Notes: generated from the letters alone by a model not told the origin. A stretch of 64,000 bases of DNA from an uncultured delta proteobacterium (GCA_963850305.1 CAWKKR010000001.1:32001-96000), one strand, 5' to 3'; counted from the first letter of the stretch, positions 1 to 10,646 are shown. Program-made: numbers and translations.

Positions 1-1
1 T

Positions 2-334
2 CACAATATCGCCAAGGTGACGGCGTTCTTCGTGTCTCTCGGGATTCCGGCTCCAGGCTTTCAAGCCGTGCTCGTCGGGTACAGTGAGCTTCTGTGTGGA
101 ACCGCGCTCGTCGTCGGACTCCTCTCCCGGTTCGCCACGGTACCGCTCATCGTCAGCATGATCGTCGCGCTGATGACCGCGAAGCGCGGCGACATTCACG
201 GGCTCTTCGACCTCGTCGGGCAAGACGAATTCACGTATCTCACCGTTCTCGTAATGATCGCGATCCTGGGGCCCGGGCGCGCGGCCCTCGACCACTTCGT
301 CGCACGCGCGATCGACCCGGCGAAGCCGGGCTAA
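2..334 (+). CDS. DoxX family membrane protein (5' partial)
   Basis: Frame is open from the window edge. FFVSLGIPAP..AVLVGYSELLCGTALVVGLLSRFA...GPGRAALD is a typical DoxX pattern. Confidence 0.85.
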   Translation, partial: HNIAKVTAFFVSLGIPAPGFQAVLVGYSELLCGTALVVGLLSRFATVPLIVSMIVALMTAKRGDIHGLFDLVGQDEFTYLTVLVMIAILGPGRAALDHFVARAIDPAKPG

Positions 335-404
335 CGAAAGCCGCGAGCGACGCCCGGGAAAACCCTGCTATCCTGGGCACGCGCGGCGACAGGAAGGACT
401 CGCA

Positions 405-1301
405 TTGTTGCTCTCGGTATTGAAGACCGTAGGATTGATCCTCGAGACGCCCAAGCTTCTCCTCAGCAGGACTCCCGTCAACTATTACGAGTCGCTGGGT
501 GACGACGTCGTCGAAGGCGAGCATCAGGGATTTGGAGACCCGAGCAAGCCCCTCTGGCTGAACCTCGGATTTTGGCAAACCGCTCGTTCTTACCCGGAAG
601 CGGCCACAGCGATGGCCCGCCTGCTTGCCGACGCCGCCCGACTCGGTCCCACCGACGAGTTACTCGATGTCGGCTTTGGCTACGCAGAACAGGACTTCTT
701 CTGGGTCGAGCACTTCGACGTCAAGAAGATCACGGGACTGAACATCACCCCCGTGCACGTGGAACGAGCCATGGCGCGCGTCAAGGAGCGCGGGCTCGAA
801 AGCAGGATGGACCTGCGTGTCGGCTCCGCCACCGAGATCCCCTTCCCTGACGCGTCGTTCGACAAGGTGACGGCGCTCGAGTGCGCCTTTCACTTCGATA
901 CGCGTCAGCGCTTCTTCGATGAAGCGTTCCGCGTCTTGCGCCCCGGAGGCAGATTGGCCCTTGCCGACGGCGGCCCCGTCCCGGGTCACAAGCCACTGAA
1001 CTTCCTCAATCGGATCGCGCTCAAGAGATGGTCCGTACCGTTCGAGAACTTTTACGACCGTGAAGAGTACGCGCGAAAACTCACGGCGGTCGGATTCACG
1101 GACGTTAACGTGGAGTCGATCCGAAATCACGTGTTCCCCGGATGCACCAAGTACGCGAGCCTGCGGAAGCAGGGGCGCTCGATGGCCGACGCGATCGTGG
1201 AACTCACCCAGGAAGAGATCGATCGCTGCGAGGGGATCGAGCAGTGGTCCCACATCGGCATGACGGATTACTTCGTCGCATCTGCGGAAAAGCCGCGTTG
1301 A
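405..1301 (+). CDS. Class I SAM-dependent methyltransferase (sterol/EryG-like)
   Basis: Motifs WLNLGFW, LLDVGFGYAEQ, ITGLNIT, PFPDASFDKVTALECAFHF, EAFRVLRPGGRL. RBS AGGAAGGA precedes a TTG start. Confidence 0.9.
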   Translation: MLLSVLKTVGLILETPKLLLSRTPVNYYESLGDDVVEGEHQGFGDPSKPLWLNLGFWQTARSYPEAATAMARLLADAARLGPTDELLDVGFGYAEQDFFWVEHFDVKKITGLNITPVHVERAMARVKERGLESRMDLRVGSATEIPFPDASFDKVTALECAFHFDTRQRFFDEAFRVLRPGGRLALADGGPVPGHKPLNFLNRIALKRWSVPFENFYDREEYARKLTAVGFTDVNVESIRNHVFPGCTKYASLRKQGRSMADAIVELTQEEIDRCEGIEQWSHIGMTDYFVASAEKPR

Positions 1302-1393
1302 GCGGCGGCACCACGGACACGGCCCGAGCGTCCTCGGAGGACGACTCGGCCGCGATCGGCGCCACGGGTAGCGAGGCGGCGCTGATCCGTCTC

Positions 1394-3133
1394 ATGCGGC
1401 TGCCGCGCCTGGGCGTATGGCTCGCGTTGATCGGCGTCGTCCTGACGGCGCCGAGTCTGTTCATCGGCTTCCACCTCGACGACTACGTCGGCCGATACAT
1501 TTACTCCGACCTCGCCGGCGCGAAGAAACTTTATCACGTCTACGTGGGCGGGTACGGCATCGCGACCGGGATTCCGGCCGAGACGCACTGGCAGATCGAG
1601 CAGGGTTACGCGCCCTGGTGGACGTATCCGAAGCTCCTCATCCGTCTGTGGCGTCCGCTGAGCCTCAGCACGCATCTTCTGGACGGGAAGCTCTGGCTCC
1701 ACAGCGCGTTCATGATGCACGCGCAGAACGTCTTCTGGTTTGCGCTCATGATCCTCGCCGCGACGCGCCTCTACCGCGGCATCATGGGACGGACCGTCGG
1801 CGGCCTTGCCTCGATCCTTTACGCTTTCGACCACACCCACGGTTTTCCCGTCGGCTTCATCTGCAACCGGCACGCGCTGATCACAGCGATGTTCGGGTCA
1901 CTCGCGCTCGATCAGTATTGCCGCGGAGCGACGGGCAACGTCCGCATGGCGCGCTGGCTCGGGCCGTTCGTCTATGCGTGTGCGCTCCTCTCGGGCGAAG
2001 CCGGCACCTCCGTGCTGATTTACGTCGCGGCGTACGCGCTCTTCGTCGAAGAGACCTCTCTGTCGAAGCGCGCGCGAGCGGTTCTTCCGTACTTCCTGGT
2101 GACGGTGTTGTGGCGGGCCGTGTACACACGAATGGGTTACGGCGCGAGCGGCTCAGGCTTGTACATCGATCCGGGGCGCGAACCGCTGCACTTTCTCTCC
2201 GCACTGCTCGTCCGCGGGCCCATCCTGCTCGTCGGCGAGCTCTTCGTCCCGCCTTCGGAGGCCTACATGCTCTCGAGCCCCGGAGTCGCCGCGGCGTTGC
2301 TGGTCTTCGCCGTGGTGTTCGTTCTGGCGCTTTCGGTCGCGCTGTTCCCGATCCTGAAGCGAAGTCGTGTGGCTCGATTCTGGTGCTGCGGGATGGTGTT
2401 GTCCGTGGTCCCGGCGAGCACGACGCACCCGAACAACCGACTTCTGTTCTTCTGCAGCCTCGGGGCCATGGGGCTCCTGGCGTCGCTGTGGGAGCTCTAC
2501 GCCATCGTGTTGCGTGACCTCGCGGTTCGCGGGGTCGCGTGGTTCTCGCGAGCGATGTCCGCGTTGCTCGTGTTCGTACACCTCGTGGTATCGCCTCTCG
2601 CTTTACCGGTGGTCGCGTGCAGCTTACTCTTCACGTTGCCGATAAAGCGCGCATTTGCCGATGTCGGCCCCGACGTCGAGGGTCGCGATGCGATCTTCGT
2701 GACCGCGCCGGACTACTACTCGGTGAAGCTCATGCCGATGCAGCGGCGTGTAGAGGGGTTACCCCTGCCTCGCCGCTGGCGTGTCCTCTCGTTCGGTCCG
2801 GAAGATATCCTGGTTCGCCGTACGGACTCTCGCACGCTCGTGCTCGACTACGATGGCGGGATCCTGTCGAGCCCACTCATGGAGCTCTACCGCGATCGAC
2901 GGATCCCCATGGCGCCGGGCGACACCGTGACGCTGAAGGGCTTGAAGATCGAGGTCCTCGAGGTAACGCCTCAGCACCTCGCGAGCGAGGTGCGATTCGC
3001 CTTCGATACGTCACTCGATTCGCCCTCGTTTCGATTCTACTACTGGGCGAAAAACCACTTCCATCCGTTCACGCCGCCCGCGATCGGCGCGAGCCAGCGC
3101 TTGCCCGGCGCACGCATCGACCTCGGGCTCTGA
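1394..3133 (+). CDS. Polytopic membrane protein, possibly GT-C-like glycosyltransferase
   Basis: Likely ATG at 1394 within the 663-aa ORF. GFHLDDY follows the first TM helix, then WRPLS and about 11 TM segments, with a soluble C-terminal domain. Confidence 0.6.
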   Translation: MRLPRLGVWLALIGVVLTAPSLFIGFHLDDYVGRYIYSDLAGAKKLYHVYVGGYGIATGIPAETHWQIEQGYAPWWTYPKLLIRLWRPLSLSTHLLDGKLWLHSAFMMHAQNVFWFALMILAATRLYRGIMGRTVGGLASILYAFDHTHGFPVGFICNRHALITAMFGSLALDQYCRGATGNVRMARWLGPFVYACALLSGEAGTSVLIYVAAYALFVEETSLSKRARAVLPYFLVTVLWRAVYTRMGYGASGSGLYIDPGREPLHFLSALLVRGPILLVGELFVPPSEAYMLSSPGVAAALLVFAVVFVLALSVALFPILKRSRVARFWCCGMVLSVVPASTTHPNNRLLFFCSLGAMGLLASLWELYAIVLRDLAVRGVAWFSRAMSALLVFVHLVVSPLALPVVACSLLFTLPIKRAFADVGPDVEGRDAIFVTAPDYYSVKLMPMQRRVEGLPLPRRWRVLSFGPEDILVRRTDSRTLVLDYDGGILSSPLMELYRDRRIPMAPGDTVTLKGLKIEVLEVTPQHLASEVRFAFDTSLDSPSFRFYYWAKNHFHPFTPPAIGASQRLPGARIDLGL

Positions 3134-3192
3134 CCCCGGAGATCGCCTGGGGGTCCGACCCGGCGTCGCTCCGCCGGTCGAGCGAGGCCTGA

Positions 3193-4086
3193 TTAGATCC
3201 TGAGCAGCAACCCGGCGCTATGTCCGGCGAAGAACACGAAGCCACAGACGAAGAGCCACGTCACGCCATAGATCAGCTTCACGCGAGTCCAGTATTGAGC
3301 CACCCGGTCAGCGGCAAATGGAACGACGAGCGCCATGGCACTGATGACGGCGGCAATCGGATGCAGCGCGAGTGCGGCGAAGACCGTACACACGACCATC
3401 AGCACGCGCGCGAGCAGCAGCGTATGCGCCTTGCCCAGAACTACGCCTGTCGTTCGGACTCCCTCGACGGCGTCCTCGTCCGCATCGCGCATGACCTGAA
3501 TGGCCTCGAAGACCCCCGAGAACAAGCCGAGTTCGATGGCCATGCACCAACCAAGTCGGTCCTGCCATGGAAAGCCGCAGGCCGGCATCGCGAGGCCCCA
3601 GAGCATCATCGACGGCACGTCGAAGAATGGCTTTCGTTTGAGATGGGCGGAATACCAGACGCAGATGCCGCCACCGAACACGAGAGGAGCGAGCAACCCG
3701 ACGTCATGAACGAAGGCCGCCGCCACCAGCGCCGCCACCATCGCCCACTGCGCGAACAGGGCCGCGCCCTGGTGTTCGTTCAGAAACCGCGTCTTCTTCG
3801 AATCCTTGCCCGTCGACTGCATGTCGAGCGCAACGTCGATGTAATCGTTGTTGAGATAGACGAGCACATTGAGCACGAGCGCGAACGCCGTGCGAAAGAC
3901 GACGTCCGACCCCCTCAGATGCAGGGCTACGGCGATGGACGTCGCCGCCGCGAGGTTCGCCATCTCGAGCTTTTTCAGCCGGTACGCGAGGACGTCGATG
4001 ACGATGCGAGCAGCAGCGAACATGTTCTCGGAGAAATCCTGATGATGACGCGGCGCGCCGCTATCGCCGGATTTCCAAGATATCAT
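3193..4086 (-). CDS. UbiA family prenyltransferase
   Basis: Asp-rich motifs NNDYIDVALD and RDADEDAVEGVRTT; multiple TM helices. Confidence 0.8.
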   Translation of the reverse strand: MISWKSGDSGAPRHHQDFSENMFAAARIVIDVLAYRLKKLEMANLAAATSIAVALHLRGSDVVFRTAFALVLNVLVYLNNDYIDVALDMQSTGKDSKKTRFLNEHQGAALFAQWAMVAALVAAAFVHDVGLLAPLVFGGGICVWYSAHLKRKPFFDVPSMMLWGLAMPACGFPWQDRLGWCMAIELGLFSGVFEAIQVMRDADEDAVEGVRTTGVVLGKAHTLLLARVLMVVCTVFAALALHPIAAVISAMALVVPFAADRVAQYWTRVKLIYGVTWLFVCGFVFFAGHSAGLLLRI

Positions 4087-4175
4087 GTTCGCCGCTTACG
4101 ATGCGAGTCGCTCTGGCTTGGCCGCCATGATTTCCAAGAGCAGCTCAACTCGAGTTTCGCTGTGGTCCGGCGCGT

Positions 4176-5153
4176 CTAGCTTTCCCCCAGATGCGCTTCT
4201 CGCCGCCCGAAGTGCTGCCATATCCACACAACGGCACCCGCACCGGTCACCGGAACCCATTGAACGACTCGATATAGAAGTGCGAACGCGAGCGAGCCCT
4301 CTCGACTCACGCCCAGCGCGATGAAGCCCAGAGACGCCCCCGCCTCGAGGGCGCCAAAGTGCGCGGGTGTGGATGGGATGGCTATCGCGACGTTGACCGC
4401 TGCGTAGACCACCAGGCAACCGCGGAGGTCACTTTCGATCCCCAGGCTGCGAGCGCAAAAGTAGATGAGTGCCACGTCGAGCGCGTCGGCGAGAATCGAC
4501 CATACGAAGGCTCGCAGCACCGCGGCCCGGCGCGGCCACCGCAGCGGTCGACGCGACGCAAATCGCGCTTCTTGCATGGCGCGAAGCCCCCGTCGGATGA
4601 GCCAAATGAGGATGGGTAGGCCAAGCACGGCCACGCCAAGCATCACGAACGACAGTCGCCCATGATGAATCGCCGTTGCTAGAACGGGAGCGGTGCAGGC
4701 GACGAGGCTCGTCCCCTCGACGGCCTTTTCGATCAACTGCGCAAAGGCAACCGGCAGCACAGAGTAACCGCGCGACGTGAAGTACCTGGTCCGCACGAAA
4801 TCCCCGGCACGCAACGGCAGGACGTTGTTGGCGGCGTGGTTCAGCAGGACCGCGGCAACGAAGCCGCTACGGGGCACACTCGCATGCGGTGCCCTGTCGA
4901 GTAGCTCGGTAAAGCGGAGGCCCCGACACACGATGTTGAGCGCGAGCAGCGGAACCGTAGCGAGCAAGAGCTCCATGCGCGCTCCGCGCAGGACCTGGGC
5001 TACCCGCGCAAATGAGACCGCTCCCACGACGAAGGCCAGCCCCACGCCAACCGCTCCCGCCGCCGCCCACCGCAAAACTCCCGCCCCGCGCGGGCGCCAC
5101 GCCGGTCGGCTCGACGTGGCGCCCGCTTTCGGACCGCGGCTCTCATCGGTCAG
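4176..5153 (-). CDS. Lysylphosphatidylglycerol synthase TM / flippase-like (UPF0104) protein
   Basis: C-terminal third of the 903-aa ORF: NNVLPLRAGDFVR, IEKAVE, IPSTPAHFGALEAG, LLYRVVQW. Start is approximate. Confidence 0.8.
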   Translation of the reverse strand: MTDESRGPKAGATSSRPAWRPRGAGVLRWAAAGAVGVGLAFVVGAVSFARVAQVLRGARMELLLATVPLLALNIVCRGLRFTELLDRAPHASVPRSGFVAAVLLNHAANNVLPLRAGDFVRTRYFTSRGYSVLPVAFAQLIEKAVEGTSLVACTAPVLATAIHHGRLSFVMLGVAVLGLPILIWLIRRGLRAMQEARFASRRPLRWPRRAAVLRAFVWSILADALDVALIYFCARSLGIESDLRGCLVVYAAVNVAIAIPSTPAHFGALEAGASLGFIALGVSREGSLAFALLYRVVQWVPVTGAGAVVWIWQHFGRREAHLGES

Positions 5154-5963
5154 AACGCGCTTGATCCTTTCGACGCGTTCGCGACGCCCGTTCCGAGGGA
5201 CGGGCCGCCGACGTTGAAGCGCGCCTGCAACCCACCGAAGAGGAAGAAGTTGACCCGCGGGTCTCCGACGTTCGAAAAGGTGGACACGCCCGGCCCTTCG
5301 CGACTCAGAAAGATTCGACGTGTCTCCGCCCACGACGGGCGCGACCGCGACTCCCCGGGTCATTCGAAAGTCCGCACCGAGCTCAACGCGGGCGAGTTCA
5401 AGCCCGAGGAGCGACGTGTTCGCTCCGTGATCCGGCGCAATCCACAGTCCTCGCATACCGGATGACAGCGAGAGCCATGGGTCGATTGCGTAGGACGGAC
5501 GGAAATGGAAATCTGCTTCCAGTCCTGCCGTCGCCGAACGGAGTTCGGTACCGGCAGCGGACAGATCGCCGCGGGAGAACTCCGATCCGGTTCCGTAGAC
5601 GCCCAGCAGAAAATGAGGCGTGAATCGGTACCCGATGGCGGCCTGAACGGTGCCTCCGGGCCCGGAAAGATCGCTCATGGTCGGGAGATGGCCACCCACG
5701 TCCCCGAGGCCCTGACCATAGCCGGCGCCGATCTGAAGCTCGACTGCCTTCCGGACCGGCATCACATAGTGATCCAGTTTGTCCGAGTTACCTACACCGG
5801 TGTCGCCGGTGGTCGCATACGTCGTATCGACGGTCCCGGGCACCGGAGGGGGCACGACGGCACTCTGGCCGTCGTGCGTCACCCAGGGTTCCTGAGCCTT
5901 CGCACCGCGCGCCGAGGTGACGATCACGAACGCACTGAGCACGGTTACGGCTTCGATCTTCAT
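5150..5963 (-). CDS. Outer-membrane beta-barrel protein (apparent frameshift near 5316)
   Basis: RBS AGGAGG, ATG 5963, signal peptide MKIEAVTVL..AKA and amphipathic beta strands. The shifted frame continues IFLSREG...NFFLFGGLQARFNVGG to TGA at 5150-5152. Confidence 0.7.
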
Positions 5964-6312
5964 GGCGAACCTCCTTGGTTTCGTCGAAACGAACATCGCG
6001 TTCTCGAGGCCGAACGCATGACAGAACGTTCGGCTGATTCCGATCCTCGTGTCGACCGTGCCTACTCCTGCAAACCGCGCGCCCCACGCAGGAGCCGGGC
6101 ATCGAACGACGGAATCACGTGCCGGCGCTCCCGCTTGCCTACGGCGCGCCGGCCTCCGCCGTCGCCAGGAAAGGGCGCCACCATTTGTCCCGACTCGCGA
6201 CGCATCGCGGCCGAACGTCTCGATGCCCAATCGGAGCCGGAACCCTTCGACCCGCGCGTTCACTTCGCTCCGTGACGAGCGATTCATCGAAAATCGCGGG
6301 CAGCGCGCGACC

Positions 6313-6328
6313 GGGCATGTTTCGTGCT
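6313..6328 (+). promoter_or_regulatory. Possible sigma-54 -24/-12 promoter for the 6.4-10.6 kb operon
   Basis: GGGCATGTTTCGTGCT has GG-N10-GC spacing, about 75 bp upstream of ATG 6402. Confidence 0.4.
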
Positions 6329-6401
6329 GTGTCGTCCGCTGTATGAAACGCGTTGCGACTTCGCGTTCAGAACGATCACGACGACGAGAGCGCGGTGAAC
6401 C

Positions 6402-7453
6402 ATGCTGAAGGGCGCCATCGTCGGCTACGGATTCATCGCCGAAAACGGGCACGCGCCGGCCTACCTGGTGACTGCGAACGGGAGCACGCCGATGGAGATC
6501 GTGGCCATCGCGGACCCATGTTTGCCCCGCCTCGTGAAGGCGGCTTTGGATCGTCCCAACGCGCGGCTTTACGAGGACTACCGGACGCTGTTCGAGCGCG
6601 AACGTGATCTCGACTTCGTCGACGTCACGACGCCGCCGTCGGAGCACGCCGCGATCGCGCACGCGGCGTTCGATCGAGGGCTGCACGTCTATTGCGAGAA
6701 GCCGATCGCAACTCGCGCCATGGACGCGCGCGGCATGATCGAGCACGCGAAACGGGCGCGCCGGGTACTGTTCCCGTCCCACAACTACAAGCACGCCCCG
6801 GCCGTGCGTGCCGTGAGGCGCGCCATCGATGGCGGTCTCGTCGGACGCGTCCACCTCGTGACGCTGCAAACGTTTCGGAGCACCCACGCACTGGGGGTGC
6901 CGGAGTGGCGACCTGACTGGCGCCGCGAGCGGCGCTTTTCAGGGGGTGGCGTGGCGATGGACCACGGAAGCCACACGTTCTATCTCGCCTTCGACTGGCT
7001 CGGCTCATTCCCGACCTCCATCACCGCCAAGACCTCCTCCCTCGGCCTTCACGACACGGAGGACGATTGGCCTGCACCGTCACCTTCCCGAACGGCGTCG
7101 CTACCGCGTACCTCACGTGGAACGCCGGGATCCGGAAGGTGATCTACACGGTACATGGAGACCAGGGAGCCGTCCGCGTCGAAGACGACGACGTGGAGGT
7201 GTCCATCATGGGCACCACGAGAGACGGCAAGCAGACGTGGGAACGGCGGCCCGAGCACCTGTGCTCGGATTGGATGGACGCGAGCCATGTCAATTGGTTC
7301 GGATCCGTCTTCAAGAAGTTCGCGGAAGCGATCGAGCACCGCGAATACGTGGGACGCGATGCCGTGGAGGGGCTCAGGTCCGTCGAACTGATCGAAGCCG
7401 CTTACGAGTCGGCGCGGCAGAATTCCAGGGAGCTGCCGCTTCTCCGGAACTGA
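6402..7453 (+). CDS. Gfo/Idh/MocA family oxidoreductase (apparent frameshift near 7068)
   Basis: Motifs GAIVGYGFIA, DVTTPPSEH, HVYCEKP, GGGVAMDHGSH. The C-terminal half is in ORF 7067-7453. Confidence 0.9.
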
Positions 7454-7460
7454 GAGGTAA

Positions 7461-8279
7461 ATGATGTTGGACGTCTGTTCGGCCGCGTCGTTGCTCGCCG
7501 CATGCATGATTGTGCGGCTCGCCTACGCTGGTCGATCCACGCTGTACGGGCCACTCCGGGTCGAACGCCTGGAAACCACGAGTGCGTCGCCACTGCTCCG
7601 AAAGCCGACGATGGAAGCCGCGTACTGGGTCCTCGCTCCTTTCGCGAGGATGCTCGTCCGAAGTGGCGTGTCCGCGAACGGAGTCACGGCCGCTTCGCTG
7701 GCGTTCGGCTCGCTGGCGGGCCTGGCGCTGGCGTACGGGCATTTCGGGGTTGCAGGCGCGCTGGCCACGATCTCGGCACTCTCGGACGCTGTGGACGGTT
7801 TCGTCGCTCGCGAAACGCAGACGGCGTCCGAAGCCGGCGAGCTCTTCGACGCTACCGCCGATCGTTACAACGAGTTTTTCTTTCTCGCCGGGGCCTCCGT
7901 CCTCGTCCATGACAGCGTGCCGGGGTTGTTGCTGGTCCTGTTGACCGTGCACGGCTCCTTCATGGTCAGCTACGCAACGACGAAAGCCGAAGCCCTGCGA
8001 CTCGACGCGCCGCGCGGCTGGATGCGTCGACCCGAACGCGCCACATACCTGACGGCGGGCGCCGTCCTCTCCGCGCTCGCCCCTGTCGATTCGGGCATCC
8101 CCGGCATCCCCTGGCCGATGGTCCTGTCACTGCTCGTCGTGGGCGTCGGCTCGAACGTGTCCGCGGTTCGTCGCCTGATGCATGTCGCGCGGGCCTCAAC
8201 GGACCGGCAGCGTCGGGCCGTCGTCCCGGGAGACCATGGGCCTCGTGCGGTGGCCACGGCGATCAGGTCGAACGCATGA
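7461..8279 (+). CDS. CDP-alcohol phosphatidyltransferase (PIP synthase-like)
   Basis: Signature DAVDGFVAR-x8-GELFDATADR; MVSYATTKAE..GWMRRPER resembles the PI/PIP synthase subgroup. Confidence 0.9.
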   Translation: MMLDVCSAASLLAACMIVRLAYAGRSTLYGPLRVERLETTSASPLLRKPTMEAAYWVLAPFARMLVRSGVSANGVTAASLAFGSLAGLALAYGHFGVAGALATISALSDAVDGFVARETQTASEAGELFDATADRYNEFFFLAGASVLVHDSVPGLLLVLLTVHGSFMVSYATTKAEALRLDAPRGWMRRPERATYLTAGAVLSALAPVDSGIPGIPWPMVLSLLVVGVGSNVSAVRRLMHVARASTDRQRRAVVPGDHGPRAVATAIRSNA

Positions 8280-9643
8280 CTCCTCGCCACCCCCGCAATC
8301 AGGAGGCCCACCTCCGCACCCAGGTACCAGGGCCGAACAGCCGCGCCTTGCGACAGCGAGAAGATGCACATATCGCTCCGGGACTCCAAAACTACGCCGT
8401 GCTCGCGGGCATCACGGCGGAGCGCGCCGAGGGCAGCGCCATCACCGACGTCGATGGGAATACCTTCCTCGATTTCGTCGGCGGCATCGGCGTCAACGCG
8501 CTGGGTCACTGTCATCCGTCGGTCGTCTCCGCGCTCGTCGAACAGGCGACGAAGATCAGCGTTGGTTCGCTCACGAGCGAACCACGCGTGCGTCTGCTCG
8601 AAACTCTGGCGCGCCATGCTCCTGGAGGGACGCTGCACCGGGCTCAACTCTATTCGAGCGGCGCCGAAGCCGTGGAGAGCGCCCTGAGGCTCGCCAAGTC
8701 GCACACTGGCAAGTTCGAGTTCGTGAGCTTCTGGGGCGGCTTTCACGGCAAGACGCAGGGAACGTTGTCGCTCATGGGCAACGCGGGCAAGGCAGGATTC
8801 GGCCCGGCCAGCCCGGGCTCGAACGTCGTTCCTTATGCCGACTGCTACCGCTGTCCCCTCGCCCTATCGTATCCGTCGTGCGGCCTCGGCTGTGCGGACC
8901 TAGTCCGGAAGCAGCTCAGGGCGTCCTCCAGCGGCGCGATCGCCGCCTTCGTGGTCGAGCCGATGCAAGGCACCGCCGGAAACGTGGTGCCGCCGAACGA
9001 GTTTTTGCCGGCAATTCACGAGATCGCGAGGGAACACGACGCGTTGCTGATCGTCGACGAAATGCTCACCGGGTTCGGACGGACCGGCGAATATTGGGGC
9101 AGCGATCACAGCGGCGTCGCGCCCGACATCGTCACGATCGGGAAAGCCTTTGGCGGCGGATTTCCGATCTCCGCGGTCCTCACCGGCGACTCCATCGCGA
9201 GCGCCAAACCCTGGTCGTTACCCTCGGGTTCGTCTTCGAGCTACGGCGGAAACGCCCTCGGCGCAGCCGCTGGCGCCGCCGCGCTGCGAACAATCGATGA
9301 AGAAGGGCTCGTCGAAAACTCACGACACGTCGGCGCACGGATGCTCGCCGAGCTCGAGCCGTTCGCGGAACGCTACTCGTTCGTCGGGAAGGTCTGCGGG
9401 CGTGGCCTTTTTCTGTCCCTCGAACTCGTCCGGGACAAGAAGACGAAAGAACCCCTGGATCGGCGGAGCACCGAGAGGATCTTCCACGAGTGCCTCCGCC
9501 GGGGCCTGCTGACGATGTCCTACTCGCCGCATTTCCGGATGCAGCCGGCGCTCACCATCGACGTCGACACCGCGCTGAACGGCATAGCAATTTTGCGCGA
9601 GGTCTTCGATCGCTTCGACGAGCAGCGCTCCACGGGCGCATGA
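8276..9643 (+). CDS. Class III PLP-dependent aminotransferase
   Basis: Motifs SGAEAVE, GGFHGKT, VEPMQG, DEMLTGFGRTG, PDIVTIGKAFGGG. ATGA overlap with the upstream gene. Confidence 0.92.
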   Translation: MTPRHPRNQEAHLRTQVPGPNSRALRQREDAHIAPGLQNYAVLAGITAERAEGSAITDVDGNTFLDFVGGIGVNALGHCHPSVVSALVEQATKISVGSLTSEPRVRLLETLARHAPGGTLHRAQLYSSGAEAVESALRLAKSHTGKFEFVSFWGGFHGKTQGTLSLMGNAGKAGFGPASPGSNVVPYADCYRCPLALSYPSCGLGCADLVRKQLRASSSGAIAAFVVEPMQGTAGNVVPPNEFLPAIHEIAREHDALLIVDEMLTGFGRTGEYWGSDHSGVAPDIVTIGKAFGGGFPISAVLTGDSIASAKPWSLPSGSSSSYGGNALGAAAGAAALRTIDEEGLVENSRHVGARMLAELEPFAERYSFVGKVCGRGLFLSLELVRDKKTKEPLDRRSTERIFHECLRRGLLTMSYSPHFRMQPALTIDVDTALNGIAILREVFDRFDEQRSTGA

Positions 9644-10646
9644 CGTCGGCACCTGACTCGGTCGTGGCAGCGTGGCGACGGCTGCGGAGCCACGTGCGCA
9701 CGCTCTGGCCGCGAAGACCGCTCCTGCCGGCAGTCCCGTTCGTGGGCTGGACGATCGTTTCGCTCGTGCGGGGACCGGTACGCTGGGAAATACTGGTGCT
9801 CGGCCTCTTCGGTCTCATCACGCCGTACGTGGGGCCGCGCACGAAGAAACTCTACCTCGGACTGATGCCCGCGGCCCTCGTCGCCGTGCTCTACGACGCG
9901 ATGGGACTCGTGAAAGACGTCGGGCTCGACCCGGAGCGGATCCATCTCTGCGACCTTCGCGAGTTCGAGATCCGCTGGTTTGGCGTCACGGTCAACGGCT
10001 CCCTCACCACGGTGCACGACCTGCTCGAAGCGCACGCGACGCTCCCGCTGGACCTCTTCTTCTCGATCCCCTACGGCACATTCCTCTTCGCGATCGTTCT
10101 CTTCGCCGTCTTCGCTTACTTCGTGGACTACCGGGCGATGCGAAGGTTCACGTGGGGATTTCTTGCGCTCAACGTCGCGAGCTTCGTCACGTATCACATC
10201 TATCCTGCCGCACCTCCTTGGTACTACCACGCACATGGCTGTATCGCAGACCTCGCGACGAAGGCGAGCGAGGGACCGAACCTCGCGCGCGTGGACGCCT
10301 GGCTGGGTGTCTCGTACTTTCGAAGCTTCTACGGACGCTCGAGCGACGTCTTCGGCGCGGTGCCCTCCCTGCATGTCGCCTATCCGCTTCTCATCTTGCT
10401 CGAGGGGTGGCCGCTCTTCGCACGGCTCCGACACCTCAAGTGGCCACTCTGCGGGTTCAGCGCATTTTCTTGGTATGGATGTGCGCAGCCGCCATCTATC
10501 TCGATCACCATTGGGTGATAGACGTGATCGTCGGGCTGCTGTACGGCCTCATTGCCTTCGCTACGCTCCGCATGGCCATCCCGCTCCGCCGTCCCGTCGC
10601 GCTCGTCGCGGGAGACACCCCCGTCGTCGAACCCGTCTCGAAATGA
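9640..10646 (+). CDS. PAP2 superfamily, inositol phosphorylceramide synthase (AUR1)-like (apparent frameshift near 10460)
   Basis: YPAAPPWY and FGAVPSLHVAY, with YLDHHWVID in the shifted frame, match AUR1-type catalytic motifs. ATGA overlap with the upstream gene. Confidence 0.85.

Noticed and set aside
4176..6887. 903-aa ORF as a barrel-flippase fusion
   Set aside because: The N-terminus is antisense to the oxidoreductase, and the fusion arises from a frameshift near 5316. The barrel has its own start, signal peptide and stop.
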